Shown one piece after another: positions 7,935 through 16,948 of a stretch of DNA of 64,000 nucleotides. The stretch lies in the IMG/VR virus record IMGVR_UViG_3300045988_151198. One strand, written 5' to 3'. Source of the stretch: a virus. A program made the position numbers and the translations under genes. Under the pieces are notes generated by a model. The model saw nothing but the letters and a program-made list of their open reading frames with translations. It was not told the origin of the DNA and did no database searches. How positions within the stretch are numbered: position 1 is the stretch's first letter; every line of letters begins with the position of its first letter.

Positions 7935-10064
7935 ATGATGAAATCCGTAATTGACTTTGAAACGAGGTCCCCTGTAGATATTAAAACCTGTGGAGCTTAC
8001 GCATATGCTGCACACCCTGATACTGAGGTGATGATGCTTGCCGTCCGTATATGTGGACAGGAGGCTCGTGTATGGGTAGCTCCGGCATATAGGCATTTTC
8101 TTGATACTGAATTGAGCGACGATGAATTGCAGGATATTATTAATAATTGTGAAGAGATTGCAGCACATAACGCCCCTTTCGAAAGAGCCATTTGGAAGTT
8201 CAAGATGGAGCCTCTCTGGTTTAAGCCATTGCCATTAGAGAAAATTCGATGCACGATGTCTCAGGCCCTTATGTGCAACCTTCCCCGTAAACTGGAACAA
8301 GCGGTAAAGGTTTGGCGAAAAGACGCCCCTCAGAAGGATAATGAAGGGCATAAGCTGATGATGAAAATGTCAAAGCCTAGGAAGTTCCGTAAAGCCGAAC
8401 TTTCCGCATTCCCAGACCCCGAAAAGGCTAAGGCTACTCAAGAGTACGTCTATGCCGTGCTTTCAAAAGGTGGCATTCCTACCATTAAAAACTACCATCA
8501 ATATATTGTCTATCCTTGTGACGAGCCAATGTTTAAACGATATGTTGAATATTGTCGACAGGACGTGGTTGCGGAAGAAGTTCTTTTTACGGAGCTTCCT
8601 CCTATCCCTGAGCGGGAGCTTAAAGTGTGGCGGCTCGACCAGACGATCAATGACCGTGGAGTAGGAATTGACAGGTTTCACGCGGTCAAAATTATGGATA
8701 TGGTTAATAAAGTAGAAGATATTTTGACGGATGAAGCTTCCGAGATTACGTATGGTGCTGTATCTACCATGAAGTCTTCCAAGTCTATTATTGAATGGCT
8801 TCAATCTCGTGGGGTTGATACTGATTCGGCAAGCAAGCAAGCTATCTCCGACCTTCTTGAACGGACTGATCTCCCCTCTGATGTTCGTAGATTCCTTGAG
8901 ATTCGTCAGACTATTGCCATGTCTTCTACGGCAAAATATCAGACCATGCTTTGTACTTCGTGCTATGATGGCAGGGCTCATGGAACGATGATATATCATG
9001 GAGCCTCTACCGGACGATTTGCTGGTGCTCTTATTCAACCGCAAAATTTGACTAGACCTTCAACAAATAATATGAATATCCCCGAAGGTTCCAAGCCGAT
9101 AAAAAATTATAAAATATCCGATATAGATATTGAATTGGCTTCAAGTGGAAATTTAGATATTATTTCCGAGTTTTGGAAAGATCCAAAAATTCTTGCAGCC
9201 GATTGTCTTCGAGCTATGATTCATGCTAAAAGAGGAAGCGATTTCATTTGCGCTGACTATAGTGGTATTGAAGCCAGAGCTATCGCATATCTTGCGGGAG
9301 AAGAATATGTCCTACAATCCTTTAGGGATAACCTAGATCCATATAAAGTTGCAGCGTCTATTATTTATGGAATTAGATATGACGATGTCGATGATGACCC
9401 ACAAAGAAAAATTGGAAAAGTGGTTGTTCTTGCTTGCGGATTTGGGGGAGGATATGGGGCCTTCTTGAGATTTGGAGCAGACCGGATGGGTATTGGTGAA
9501 GAAGAAGGAAAAAGGATTATCAATGCTTGGAGGGAAGGTAGACCAATGACGGTTAAGCTTTGGAGTAAACTCGTAGAAGCTTCCGTTATGGCAATGAAGG
9601 ATAAAGGCACCGTTTATACATATAGAAATATTTCTTTTATTTATCATAAAAGATTTTTGTTAATGCGACTTCCTAGTGGAAGATATCTTTATTATTTTGA
9701 TCCTAAACTTGAAGATGTGGAGATGGCATGGTCTACGCCAGAAAAGCCAGCGTTCAAGAAGCTTGTTACGGCAATGACCTTGACGCCAGAAAAACAATTT
9801 GTGAGAAGGCCGCTTAACCATCTCATACTTTCAGAAAATGTTACACAAGCTTTCTGTAGAGATCTGATGGTGAATGCGATGTTCAATCTCGAAGAAGCCA
9901 ATTATCCGGTAGTGTTTCATGTTCATGATGAAATCATTGCGGAAGTTCCTAAAGGGTTTGGATCTGTCGAGGAATTTGAAAATATCATGTGCAAGCTTCC
10001 TCAATGGGCGGAAGGTCTGCCAGTAAAGGCCGAAGGATGGAGGGGAGAATTTTATAGGAAATAA
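7935..10064 (+). CDS. family A DNA polymerase with N-terminal 3'-5' exonuclease domain
   Basis: Exo I-like DFETRS; Pol motif A ICADYSGIEARAIAYLAGEE; motif B RKIGKVVVLACGFGGGYGAF; motif C VHDEIIAEV. 709 aa with an AAAGGAGG RBS. Confidence 0.85.
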   Translation: MMKSVIDFETRSPVDIKTCGAYAYAAHPDTEVMMLAVRICGQEARVWVAPAYRHFLDTELSDDELQDIINNCEEIAAHNAPFERAIWKFKMEPLWFKPLPLEKIRCTMSQALMCNLPRKLEQAVKVWRKDAPQKDNEGHKLMMKMSKPRKFRKAELSAFPDPEKAKATQEYVYAVLSKGGIPTIKNYHQYIVYPCDEPMFKRYVEYCRQDVVAEEVLFTELPPIPERELKVWRLDQTINDRGVGIDRFHAVKIMDMVNKVEDILTDEASEITYGAVSTMKSSKSIIEWLQSRGVDTDSASKQAISDLLERTDLPSDVRRFLEIRQTIAMSSTAKYQTMLCTSCYDGRAHGTMIYHGASTGRFAGALIQPQNLTRPSTNNMNIPEGSKPIKNYKISDIDIELASSGNLDIISEFWKDPKILAADCLRAMIHAKRGSDFICADYSGIEARAIAYLAGEEYVLQSFRDNLDPYKVAASIIYGIRYDDVDDDPQRKIGKVVVLACGFGGGYGAFLRFGADRMGIGEEEGKRIINAWREGRPMTVKLWSKLVEASVMAMKDKGTVYTYRNISFIYHKRFLLMRLPSGRYLYYFDPKLEDVEMAWSTPEKPAFKKLVTAMTLTPEKQFVRRPLNHLILSENVTQAFCRDLMVNAMFNLEEANYPVVFHVHDEIIAEVPKGFGSVEEFENIMCKLPQWAEGLPVKAEGWRGEFYRK

Positions 10065-10071
10065 CCGAAAA

Positions 10072-10090
10072 AATATGTTGACATAAATAG
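10072..10090 (+). repeat. left copy of the direct repeat (aatatgttgacat + acataaatag) flanking the HNH cassette
   Basis: aatatgttgacat at 10072-10084 recurs at 10888-10900. acataaatag at 10081-10090 recurs at 10871-10880. Confidence 0.6.
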
Positions 10091-10106
10091 TTTTAAAATT
10101 TAATAT
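10078..10106 (+). promoter_or_regulatory. sigma70-like promoter: TTGACA, 17-nt spacer, TAATAT
   Basis: A perfect -35 hexamer at 10078-10083, a 17-nt spacer and TAATAT at 10101-10106, upstream of the HNH-like ORF. Confidence 0.55.
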
Positions 10107-10139
10107 TGATTATTCACACACATAAAGGAGAAGATTAAA

Positions 10140-10880
10140 ATGGACAAATACCATAAAAGACCTTTTGATTCACGATGGGAGAGTAGGGAAGATATTACTA
10201 AAAATAATCGGGTTAAATTAACGTATAAACCTAGAAGTGGAGAAAAGTTTGGGAGATTAACTATTATTGAATCCGATTGGGGTCAGTATCGTGCATACGC
10301 AAAAGTTCGATGTGAATGTGGGTCTGAATTTAAAGTTCCAGTAGCGCAAATTCGGATGGGAGAGCATCTTTCGTGCCGTAGATGCGCACAAAAAAATAGA
10401 AAATATAAAAATAAAATTCTTAAAAAACTAAATGAACTTATCCCTGATTCAAAATTACGATCACTTTGGACACAGCGTTACCGCAATATTATGGAAAAAT
10501 GCTATAACACTAGTTGTAAACAATATCATCAATGTGGAGGCAGAGGAATCGAAATATACGAAGAATGGATGGAGGATAGACTTAAATTTTTAGAATATAT
10601 TAAAACATTACAAAACTGGGAAAACACCGCATATGATTTTTGTAGAATAAATGTTAATGGTAATTATGAACCGGGAAATGTTAGATTAGTCACCAGAAAA
10701 GAAAATATCAATAATAGGAGAGTATCTATAAAAATTAAATATGATGGTTGTAAATACACTATACGAGAATTTAAAGAAAAATTTACTCCAGAATGGACTA
10801 GGTCATCTATTTTATATCATACAAAAAAAGGTCACACACCTGAATATATGATCTATAGATATAATATCAAACATAAATAG
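10140..10880 (+). CDS. putative free-standing HNH-like homing endonuclease (zinc ribbon plus C-terminal HNH-like region)
   Basis: 246 aa. CECGSEFKV...CRRC zinc ribbon. C-terminal ...NVNGNYEPGNVRLVTRKENINNRR resembles the HNH_3 / homing-endonuclease His-Asn motif. Strongly AT-rich (about 30% GC) compared with its neighbours. Flanked by direct repeats. Confidence 0.4.
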   Translation: MDKYHKRPFDSRWESREDITKNNRVKLTYKPRSGEKFGRLTIIESDWGQYRAYAKVRCECGSEFKVPVAQIRMGEHLSCRRCAQKNRKYKNKILKKLNELIPDSKLRSLWTQRYRNIMEKCYNTSCKQYHQCGGRGIEIYEEWMEDRLKFLEYIKTLQNWENTAYDFCRINVNGNYEPGNVRLVTRKENINNRRVSIKIKYDGCKYTIREFKEKFTPEWTRSSILYHTKKGHTPEYMIYRYNIKHK

Positions 10881-10900
10881 CCTAAAGAATATGTTGACAT
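10871..10900 (+). repeat. right copy of the direct repeat flanking the HNH cassette; includes a second TTGACA -35 element
   Basis: Exact 13-bp and 10-bp matches to 10072-10090. TTGACA at 10894-10899 probably serves as the promoter for rtcB. Confidence 0.6.
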
Positions 10901-10968
10901 TCGCTTCCGATTGATGAATACTCCATTTGTCGGAAGCAAACATCTTTAGAAAGAAGGAGTGTAAGAGA

Positions 10969-11763
10969 ATGATTGAGGTAAAAGGATCAGTAAGTACAGC
11001 TAAGGTTTTCACAGACTATGTGGATCCGACCGCGTTATCTCAGATTATTGAATTATGTAATCAGGAGTTCACCGAAGGAAGTAAAATCCGTATTATGCCT
11101 GATGTACATGCTGGTGCTGGATGCGTTATTGGAACGACGATGACCATTGAAAATAAGAAAATCGTTCCTAATCTTGTCGGTGTTGATATTGGCTGTGGGT
11201 TGACATCGGCAAGATATGGCGGTTACGAATTGGGCTTCCTGCAAGAATATGAAAAAGAAGAAGGTGTGTGGGTAAATGATTTTTTAAAAGAATTTGATAG
11301 GTTGATTCGGGCAAATGTTCCTATGGGTACGAATGTTTGCGAAAAGCTAATGTACCATCCATTTAGGACACGAATAAAAGAATTGATTTGCGCTAAAAAT
11401 GTAAATATTGAAAGGGGGTATCACAGTATTGGAACCCTTGGTGGTGGAAATCATTTTATTGAAGTTGGATGTGATATTTTCTCTGAAAAGAAAGGGCACA
11501 TAGGAGAATTGCGTAGAGATTTTTATATCACGGTTCATTCCGGATCTCGTGGTATCGGAAAAGAAGTAGCTACTTATTATCAAAAAATTGCGGAAGAACA
11601 ATGCAAAAATGTGCCAAAGCACTTAGCATATTTATCTGGGAACGCATTTGAAGACTATATTCACGATATGCAGATTATGCAGGAATACGCTTCTATTAAT
11701 CGTGATTGTATAATCGAAAAAAATAGCTATGAATTGCGCTTTAATCGCTCCCGCTCCGGATAG
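10969..11763 (+). CDS. rtcB: RtcB-family RNA 3'-phosphate ligase, N-terminal two-thirds (frame interrupted)
   Basis: RtcB motifs MPDVHAGAG, GVDIGCG and GGGNHFIEVG. Start set to MIEVKGS after the AAGGAG RBS. The frame ends at 11763 shortly after an A7 run. Confidence 0.75.
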   Translation: MIEVKGSVSTAKVFTDYVDPTALSQIIELCNQEFTEGSKIRIMPDVHAGAGCVIGTTMTIENKKIVPNLVGVDIGCGLTSARYGGYELGFLQEYEKEEGVWVNDFLKEFDRLIRANVPMGTNVCEKLMYHPFRTRIKELICAKNVNIERGYHSIGTLGGGNHFIEVGCDIFSEKKGHIGELRRDFYITVHSGSRGIGKEVATYYQKIAEEQCKNVPKHLAYLSGNAFEDYIHDMQIMQEYASINRDCIIEKNSYELRFNRSRSG

Positions 11764-12151
11764 CTACGAAGAAACAATTCATAATTATGTCGAGATTGGA
11801 GAAAAGATTATTCTTCGCAAAGGTGCAATCTCCGCGAAAAAAGATGAAAAAGTCATGATTCCATTAAACATGCGGGATGGTATCATAATCGGAAAAGGTA
11901 AGGGCCTTGAGGATTGGAATGAATCCGCGCCTCATGGTGCCGGGCGCGTACTTAGTCGAGGACAAGCTAAACGGCAATTGTCCGTAGATATTTTTAAGGA
12001 TCAAATGGAAGGAATCTATTCAACCTGCATAAACGAATCGACGTTGGATGAAAGCCCTTCCGCATACAAGAATTCTGATGAGATTTGTAATAATCTCGAT
12101 TCCGTAGAAATTGTCGGAAGGACTAAGCCTATCTATAATATTAAAGCATAA
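11729..12151 (+). CDS. rtcB: RtcB-family RNA ligase, C-terminal part in the +1 frame
   Basis: Contains HNYVEIG...RKGAISA and the invariant PHGAGR motif of the RtcB C-terminus. Overlaps the upstream fragment and lies in a different frame. Confidence 0.7.
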   Translation: MNCALIAPAPDSYEETIHNYVEIGEKIILRKGAISAKKDEKVMIPLNMRDGIIIGKGKGLEDWNESAPHGAGRVLSRGQAKRQLSVDIFKDQMEGIYSTCINESTLDESPSAYKNSDEICNNLDSVEIVGRTKPIYNIKA

Positions 12152-12164
12152 GAAGGAAAAACAA

Positions 12165-12773
12165 ATGAATATGAAAGTTGAATTTATCGAGGAAGCTGGA
12201 TGGAATTCTGCATTGCTTGGTCTTGGCCTGTCTTTTGGCCTTACATCAGATAAGACGTTGGATGACTTAGAGAGCGAGGAAGTGGCTCCCGGTCAGGAAT
12301 GGCCTCTCCATGAACGTCTTTATCGCCGAGCATGGAATCTTGCCCGGCTTGATAATGGTCATAATAAATATCTGGAAAGTATCGTAGTTTGGATCGATAT
12401 TACTGCACCCCGCTATTTCTGGTCGCAATTCGATACCTATCGTGTGGGAACGTCCAAACAGTCCGAGTCTACGATGCACACGATTATGAAGCGGCATCTC
12501 ACGAAGGACGATTTCTCCGACAAAGTTCGTCAGGAAATCATTGACATCCTGAATAAAATGATTGACGAAAAGGACTTTGAAGGTGTAAAAGAAAATCTCC
12601 CAGAAGGATTCTTGCAGCGGAGAATCGTATGCACCAATTATAAGGTTCTTCGGAATATGTACCATCAGCGCAAGAATCACAAATTGAAAGAATGGAGGTT
12701 TTTCTGCGACCAGATTCTCATGTATCTTGATGATAGGTTTATCCCTGCCGTAAAGGGAGGGGTGGATGTCTAG
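12165..12773 (+). CDS. ThyX-like (FAD-dependent thymidylate synthase-like) protein with a non-canonical active-site motif
   Basis: About 200 aa. ITAPRYFWSQFDTYRVGTSKQSESTMH aligns with the ThyX core [26 protein letters not shown], but RHR is replaced by TYR and the downstream RY by MH. Start set to the ATG at 12165 after the AGAAGGA RBS. Confidence 0.4.
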   Translation: MNMKVEFIEEAGWNSALLGLGLSFGLTSDKTLDDLESEEVAPGQEWPLHERLYRRAWNLARLDNGHNKYLESIVVWIDITAPRYFWSQFDTYRVGTSKQSESTMHTIMKRHLTKDDFSDKVRQEIIDILNKMIDEKDFEGVKENLPEGFLQRRIVCTNYKVLRNMYHQRKNHKLKEWRFFCDQILMYLDDRFIPAVKGGVDV

Positions 12774-13416
12774 GAGAGAATTTTTTGGAACATTATTTAT
12801 TTCTTGTGCTATGGCGAGTCTTACTATTTTCTCAACATCGATGTATCTAAAACTTCGTAATTATGAGATTTATGCAGATACATATATACGTTCCCTTGTT
12901 AAAGAAAACAGTTACTTCAAGGACAAAATGTCCGATGCTATGATGGAATCCGCACAACTAAAGGCACAATTGAAGGATTGCCAAGATAAGGGAATTATTT
13001 CTCAAGATAAAAAAGAAATATACGGAGATACAAGGGGGTTGCGAAATAACAATCCCTGTAATCTCAAAAGCTCGAAGAATACGAAATGGGATGGTCAAGT
13101 TGGAAGTGATGGCAAGTTCATCATTTTTGAATCCCCTGAGTATGGTATCCGGGCTTGTGCAAAAAATCTAAAGAATTATCAACACAAGAACGGCCTTGAC
13201 ACATTGCGGAGCATGGTGTATAGAATGGGACCTCCTCACGAAAACGATACAAAAAAATATGTTCGTAATTTATCTAATATCGTAGGAGTATCCCCGGATG
13301 AAAAAATTAATGTTCTTAAACATCTCCCCGAGATTATAAAGGGAATCATTTTTCTTGAGAACGGGAAGATGCCTTACCCCGAGAAGATGTTTATCGGATA
13401 TACAATCTTTAACTAA
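12766..13416 (+). CDS. exported protein with a Tat-like signal (SRREFFG) and an uncharacterised C-terminal domain; possibly a cell-wall-active enzyme
   Basis: The N-terminus MSRREFFGTLFISCAMASLTIFS fits a twin-arginine signal or anchor. The C-terminal domain has conserved RNNNPCNLK...W.G...G.F..F.....G.RA motifs of unknown family. Confidence 0.45.
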   Translation: MSRREFFGTLFISCAMASLTIFSTSMYLKLRNYEIYADTYIRSLVKENSYFKDKMSDAMMESAQLKAQLKDCQDKGIISQDKKEIYGDTRGLRNNNPCNLKSSKNTKWDGQVGSDGKFIIFESPEYGIRACAKNLKNYQHKNGLDTLRSMVYRMGPPHENDTKKYVRNLSNIVGVSPDEKINVLKHLPEIIKGIIFLENGKMPYPEKMFIGYTIFN

Positions 13417-13430
13417 TAAGGAGAATTTAC

Positions 13431-13886
13431 ATGAGCAATCACGTTATCAACTTCAAGCGTTTTCATGAAAATGCCAGTATGCCCCTCCGTGGAACCGATT
13501 GGTCTGCTGGATATGACCTTCATGCGGTCACCTGCGATATTGATTGGGATAAAGGGCTTGTTACCTATGGAACCGGAATCGGTATGGAAATCCCTGCGGG
13601 GTACGTGGGCCTCGTATTTCCTCGGTCTTCTGTATTCAAGAAGGAAATGACACTCTCTAATTGCGTAGGCGTCATTGACTCCGATTATCGCGGAGAGATC
13701 AAGGCTGTCTTCCGTATTCCCAAGAATTACTTCCAAGATCCTAGCCTTGCGAATAAAATTTATGTAACGGGCGACCGGATTTGCCAGATTGTCATTGTTC
13801 CGTATCTTCCTGTCGATTGGGTGGAGACTGAGGAGCTTTCCACAACCGTTCGAGGCACTGGCGGGTTTGGCAGCACTGGTGTGTAA
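13431..13886 (+). CDS. dut: dUTP diphosphatase (dUTPase)
   Basis: Canonical trimeric dUTPase motifs: RSSVFKK (motif II-like), GVIDSDYRGEI (motif III), and a C-terminal RGTGGFGSTG (motif V). Confidence 0.9.
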   Translation: MSNHVINFKRFHENASMPLRGTDWSAGYDLHAVTCDIDWDKGLVTYGTGIGMEIPAGYVGLVFPRSSVFKKEMTLSNCVGVIDSDYRGEIKAVFRIPKNYFQDPSLANKIYVTGDRICQIVIVPYLPVDWVETEELSTTVRGTGGFGSTGV

Positions 13887-13901
13887 ATAGAAAATTGGGA
13901 A

Positions 13902-13920
13902 GGGGGGCTTAAAGCCCCCT
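13902..13920 (+). terminator. GC-rich hairpin (GGGGGCttaaaGCCCCC) after dut
   Basis: A 6-bp G/C stem with a 5-nt loop; the 3' U-tract is weak. Confidence 0.3.
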
Positions 13921-13946
13921 TAAACTAAAATTATATGGAGATAAAT

Positions 13947-16130
13947 ATGGGAAAGAAGCCTAACATGATTATTAAGCGTGATGGTTCTAAAGTTCTTTTT
14001 GATCCTAAAAAGATTGAACTTGCTATTACTAAAGCTCTTATTTCGGAAGGGGTAGCTTCTATTTTTACTGGAACTGCTCACGCTATTGCTGAATCTTTTG
14101 AAAGTGAAAATGAAACTCCAACGATTAAAGAAATTGAAGAATATGTTTTTAAGAGCCTTTGCGAGGCCGGGCTTCCTCTTGTAGCAAAAGCCTACGAAGG
14201 TTACCGGAGTATTCGAGAATTTCAACGCTCTGATCAATTTACCGATGAATCCATCCTTTCTATTGTAGCCGGAGGAACGGATGAGGACCTTCGAGATGAG
14301 AATAGTAATAAGAATGTCGCTACAGCGTCTACGCAACGAGACATGATCGCTGGTGAGGCTTCAAAAGATATTGCTATGCGGCACATGCTTCCCCCTCATG
14401 TTGTACAGGCTCATAAAGACGGGCTTATTCACTTTCATGATTTGGATTATGCTGTGCAGCGAATTTTTAACTGTTGTCTTGTTGATTTGCGTGGTCCATT
14501 TAAGGACGGAACCGTTATTAATAAGAAGATGATTGAGACTCCTAAGTCGTTCAGGACAGCCTGTACAGTCGCTACGCAGATCGTCCAACAGGTAGCGTGT
14601 GGACAATATGGTGGTCAGACTATTTCCCTCGCGCATCTCGCTCCGTATGTTAGGGTAAGTTACGAAAAGATTAAAAACCAAGTTAGGGAAGAACTTTTTG
14701 GGGATGATGTCCCTCTTGCGTCTCCCACTAAGCTTTGCGGGAATCGAGAAGTTGAGCATATTGCCAAGAAGCGGCTTCGCAAAGAAATTGAAGATGGTTT
14801 ACAGACTATTCAATATCAGGTGAACACTTTTTCGACAAGCAATGGGCAAGCTCCGTTCCTTAGTATTTTCATGTATCTGAATGAAGATCCTGAATATATT
14901 GAAGAGACGGCAATGCTTATCGAAGAGATGATTAAGCAGCGGTATATTGGGATGAAGAATGAAGCCGGAGTGTATGTTACCCCCGCGTTTCCTAAACTCC
15001 TGTATGTGCTTGATGAAAATAATGTTCCTAAAGATAGTAAGTATCGGTATCTGACAGATCTAGCAGTGAAATGCGTAGCTAGGCGTATGATGCCGGACTT
15101 CATTTCCGCAAAAAAGATGAAAGAAAATTATGAAGATGTTTTCCCCTGCATGGGATGCCGTTCTTTTCTTTCTCAATATAGAGATAAAGATGGTAAGCTG
15201 AAATGGTATAATAGATTCAATCAGGGCGTGGTAACTTTGAACCTTGCGGATGCAGGACTTTCCGCAGGTGGTAATATTGATGCTTTCTGGAAAATCCTTG
15301 ACGAGCGCCTTGAATTGGTTCATGATGGCCTCATGTGCAAACATAAGAGCCTTCTTGGTACGAAGGCCGAAAAGTCTCCTATTCATTGGCAGCATGGAGT
15401 TATCGCTCGCCTTAAAAAAGATGATGTAATTGACCCATATTTGAAAGATGGGTATTCAACTTTGTCTCTCGGATACATTGGGCTCCATGAATGCGTTCTT
15501 GCTCTTATCGGAGAATCACATACTACGGAACGTGGAGAAGAACTTGCTGTACGTATTATGCGTAGATTGAGAAAAGCTTGCGATGATTGGCGTGCAGAAT
15601 CCGGTCTTGGATTCAGCTTGTACGGATCGCCTTCTGAATCTACGACTTATCGTCTTGCACAGACAACTCAGAAGCGATTTGGAGTGGTTAAGGGAATTAC
15701 TGACCGAGATTATTTGACAAATTCATACCATGTTGATGTAACCGAAAAGATTAACGCATTTGATAAACTTCGTTTTGAATCTCAATTTCAGAAAATTTCT
15801 TCTGGCGGCTGCATCAGCTATGTGGAAGTTCCGAATTTGGAGCAGAATCTCGAAGTGATTGATCAATTGGTTTCTTATATGTATGAAACTATTCAGTACG
15901 CTGAGATCAATACCAAATCGGACTATTGCGCTAAATGTGGATTTCGAGGAGAAATCAAACTGAATAATAATCTTGACTGGGAATGTCCTCAGTGCCATAC
16001 GGTCAATCGAGATGATCTTACTGTTTGCCGTAGAACTTGTGGCTACTTGGGTGATAATTTTTGGAACAAGGGACGAACCGAGGAAATCGGTGCCCGAGTA
16101 TTGCATGTTGACAATGAAGACTTGAGCTGA
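13947..16130 (+). CDS. nrdD: anaerobic ribonucleoside-triphosphate reductase (class III RNR)
   Basis: The N-terminus shows an ATP-cone-like segment. C-terminal Zn-ribbon Cys (CAKCGF...CPQCH) and the glycyl-radical motif RTCGYLG are present. Start set to the ATG at 13947 after GGAG. Confidence 0.9.
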   Translation: MGKKPNMIIKRDGSKVLFDPKKIELAITKALISEGVASIFTGTAHAIAESFESENETPTIKEIEEYVFKSLCEAGLPLVAKAYEGYRSIREFQRSDQFTDESILSIVAGGTDEDLRDENSNKNVATASTQRDMIAGEASKDIAMRHMLPPHVVQAHKDGLIHFHDLDYAVQRIFNCCLVDLRGPFKDGTVINKKMIETPKSFRTACTVATQIVQQVACGQYGGQTISLAHLAPYVRVSYEKIKNQVREELFGDDVPLASPTKLCGNREVEHIAKKRLRKEIEDGLQTIQYQVNTFSTSNGQAPFLSIFMYLNEDPEYIEETAMLIEEMIKQRYIGMKNEAGVYVTPAFPKLLYVLDENNVPKDSKYRYLTDLAVKCVARRMMPDFISAKKMKENYEDVFPCMGCRSFLSQYRDKDGKLKWYNRFNQGVVTLNLADAGLSAGGNIDAFWKILDERLELVHDGLMCKHKSLLGTKAEKSPIHWQHGVIARLKKDDVIDPYLKDGYSTLSLGYIGLHECVLALIGESHTTERGEELAVRIMRRLRKACDDWRAESGLGFSLYGSPSESTTYRLAQTTQKRFGVVKGITDRDYLTNSYHVDVTEKINAFDKLRFESQFQKISSGGCISYVEVPNLEQNLEVIDQLVSYMYETIQYAEINTKSDYCAKCGFRGEIKLNNNLDWECPQCHTVNRDDLTVCRRTCGYLGDNFWNKGRTEEIGARVLHVDNEDLS

Positions 16131-16138
16131 TAGACATA

Positions 16139-16169
16139 GGGCCTGTAAGTAAAATATATTTACAGGCCC
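16139..16169 (+). terminator. hairpin GGGCCTGTAA/TTACAGGCCC after nrdD
   Basis: A 10-bp perfect stem immediately after the nrdD stop; the U-tract is weak. Confidence 0.4.
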
Positions 16170-16190
16170 TTACTAAATAAAGGAGGATCT

Positions 16191-16475
16191 ATGGAGTTTA
16201 CGAATCGAGAAGGTGCGGTAGTTTCCGCATTTACTGGATTTCTGATGGGTGCATGGAGTGAATACCATTCTTATGTTGAGGAACTTTTTGGGCGGCCCGT
16301 AACCCCCGCAGAAATGTGTGACCCTGATTTTAGAAAGGAGCTTAGAGAAAAAGCCCGTCCAGATTATACTGCTATTTGTGATACGCTCTATGGAGAATGG
16401 CTTAATAGCGAAAAATGTAAGAAGGAAATAGAGGCGTGTTTAAAGAAAGTAGATGATATTTTTAAGGAGGTGTAA
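16191..16475 (+). CDS. hypothetical protein
   Basis: 94 aa with an AAAGGAGG RBS. Confidence 0.5.
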   Translation: MEFTNREGAVVSAFTGFLMGAWSEYHSYVEELFGRPVTPAEMCDPDFRKELREKARPDYTAICDTLYGEWLNSEKCKKEIEACLKKVDDIFKEV

Positions 16476-16477
16476 TA

Positions 16478-16948
16478 ATGAGCGAGCTATATCAAACTAT
16501 TATAGAAATACCTAAATTCACACTGTTCATCCCTACCGAAAAACGCCCCATCCATAGAATTGTTCTTGGAACTCATAGATGCAGAATTGTGGATATTGGG
16601 GATGACGCCTTTCCTATCGAGGATGGAACTCTTTCTTTTGCAAATGGTCTTAACCTTTTTCGGGTTAAGGGACGCTATTCTCAATATGATCTTCTTTTTA
16701 AGGAGCAAATACCAGAAGAAGAAATTGATAAATACGATAAGGATGATTCTGAAATCTATTATGCTCGTAAGCATTGGTTTTCAAATAAGAAAGTGGCGTA
16801 TGGGGATGGATGGTGCAAGTTAAAAGAAAAAAGGGAAATTGATATAATTTTCAAAGCTCCTTTGCATCTTAGTATAGCCCTCATTCCTTTGGAGCAGCGA
16901 GAAGAGCTTTGGGAAGATTTGATTAAGAAAGGAGCCGTATGTATATGA
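16478..16948 (+). CDS. hypothetical protein
   Basis: 156 aa with an AAGGAGG RBS. Confidence 0.5.
   Translation: MSELYQTIIEIPKFTLFIPTEKRPIHRIVLGTHRCRIVDIGDDAFPIEDGTLSFANGLNLFRVKGRYSQYDLLFKEQIPEEEIDKYDKDDSEIYYARKHWFSNKKVAYGDGWCKLKEKREIDIIFKAPLHLSIALIPLEQREELWEDLIKKGAVCI

Noticed and set aside
13935-13946. Upstream ATG for nrdD (MEINM...)
   Set aside because: It has no RBS. The ATG at 13947 is preceded by GGAG at the correct spacing.
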